A stretch of 60,427 bases of DNA from a virus (Duplodnaviria; Caudoviricetes). Below, one piece after another: positions 60,078-60,427 of the stretch. The notes beneath the pieces are model-generated. The model had not been told where the DNA came from, ran no database searches, and saw nothing but the letters and a program-made list of their open reading frames with translations. The position numbers were made by a program, and so were the translations under genes. The DNA is taken from the IMG/VR virus record IMGVR_UViG_3300031403_000011, positions 1 through 60,427 of that record, one strand, 5' to 3'. Positions within the stretch are counted from its first letter, which is position 1. Every line of letters starts with the position of its first letter.

Positions 60078-60427
60078 TTTCTATTATATTAAGATATAAA
60101 TTCTGCTTTTATAACAGTTATATTTGAGACAAGATATTTATAAGTTTCTCAAGCTATAACTTGAAAGGAAAGAGTATGAGTTGTAATTCAATACGGATTC
60201 ATACGGCTCTCTTTTGTTTGAACTCAATTCACATATCAAAATATATAAGCAGCTCAAGTGAAAGTTCAAGTAACCTCTACAACTCAGTCTTTAGAAGCTG
60301 TATATGTTACATTATTTTCAAGATTAGATCTCCCCTTAATAACTGGAAGTAAAAGCTCTACTAATACTTCTGTTTCTGAATGTATTGTTCCTATTCATTT
60401 ACCTGAATTTAACATATTTATATCTCA
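60069..60427. repeat. Terminal direct repeat, copy 2
   Basis: 359 nt with four mismatches to 1-359. Confidence 0.97.

Noticed and set aside
93-60352. Most plus-strand ORFs in the supplied track (e.g. 8383-8712, 10094-10369, 41417-41842, 59725-60099)
   Set aside because: They are antisense shadows of long minus-strand code-25 genes, Ser/Phe/Ile-rich and without motifs
1-60427. Genome-wide pseudogenisation, or TGA=Trp (table 4)
   Set aside because: The interruptions I examined are TGA, stay in frame and fall on conserved Gly; conserved Trp residues use TGG

Overview
The window looks like one complete, circularly assembled ~60.07 kb AT-rich tailed-phage genome with podovirus-like structural genes. 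Bases 1-359 recur at 60069-60427. The supplied ORF track is fragmented because the phage reads TGA as glycine (translation table 25, known from Ca. Gracilibacteria and Ca. Absconditabacteria/SR1): TGA sits at invariant Gly positions, e.g. Pif1 Walker A TG*YAGTGKS, helicase G*AATG*VG*KST, terminase TRG*QGKS. Re-read by hand in code 25, the minus strand carries tail fibres, ejection and tail proteins, capsid, scaffold, portal, TerL/TerS, an ~3,960-aa ORF with two-barrel RNA-polymerase motifs (GYRYP...GDFDADK; candidate crAss/phi14:2-type virion RNAP), a nuclease-primase-helicase fusion, two tRNAs and a tRNA-like RNA. A short plus-strand block holds a holin, an amidase and HU. A 1.6 kb strand-skewed non-coding tract follows, then an 18 kb minus-strand early/recombination region punctuated by a repeated AGTCTACAAAAT motif, a candidate promoter for the phage RNAP. 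I found no DNA polymerase, integrase, reverse transcriptase or tRNA-Gly(UCA). All translations were manual, long ORFs were only spot-checked for TAA/TAG, and family calls come from motif recall rather than database searches.
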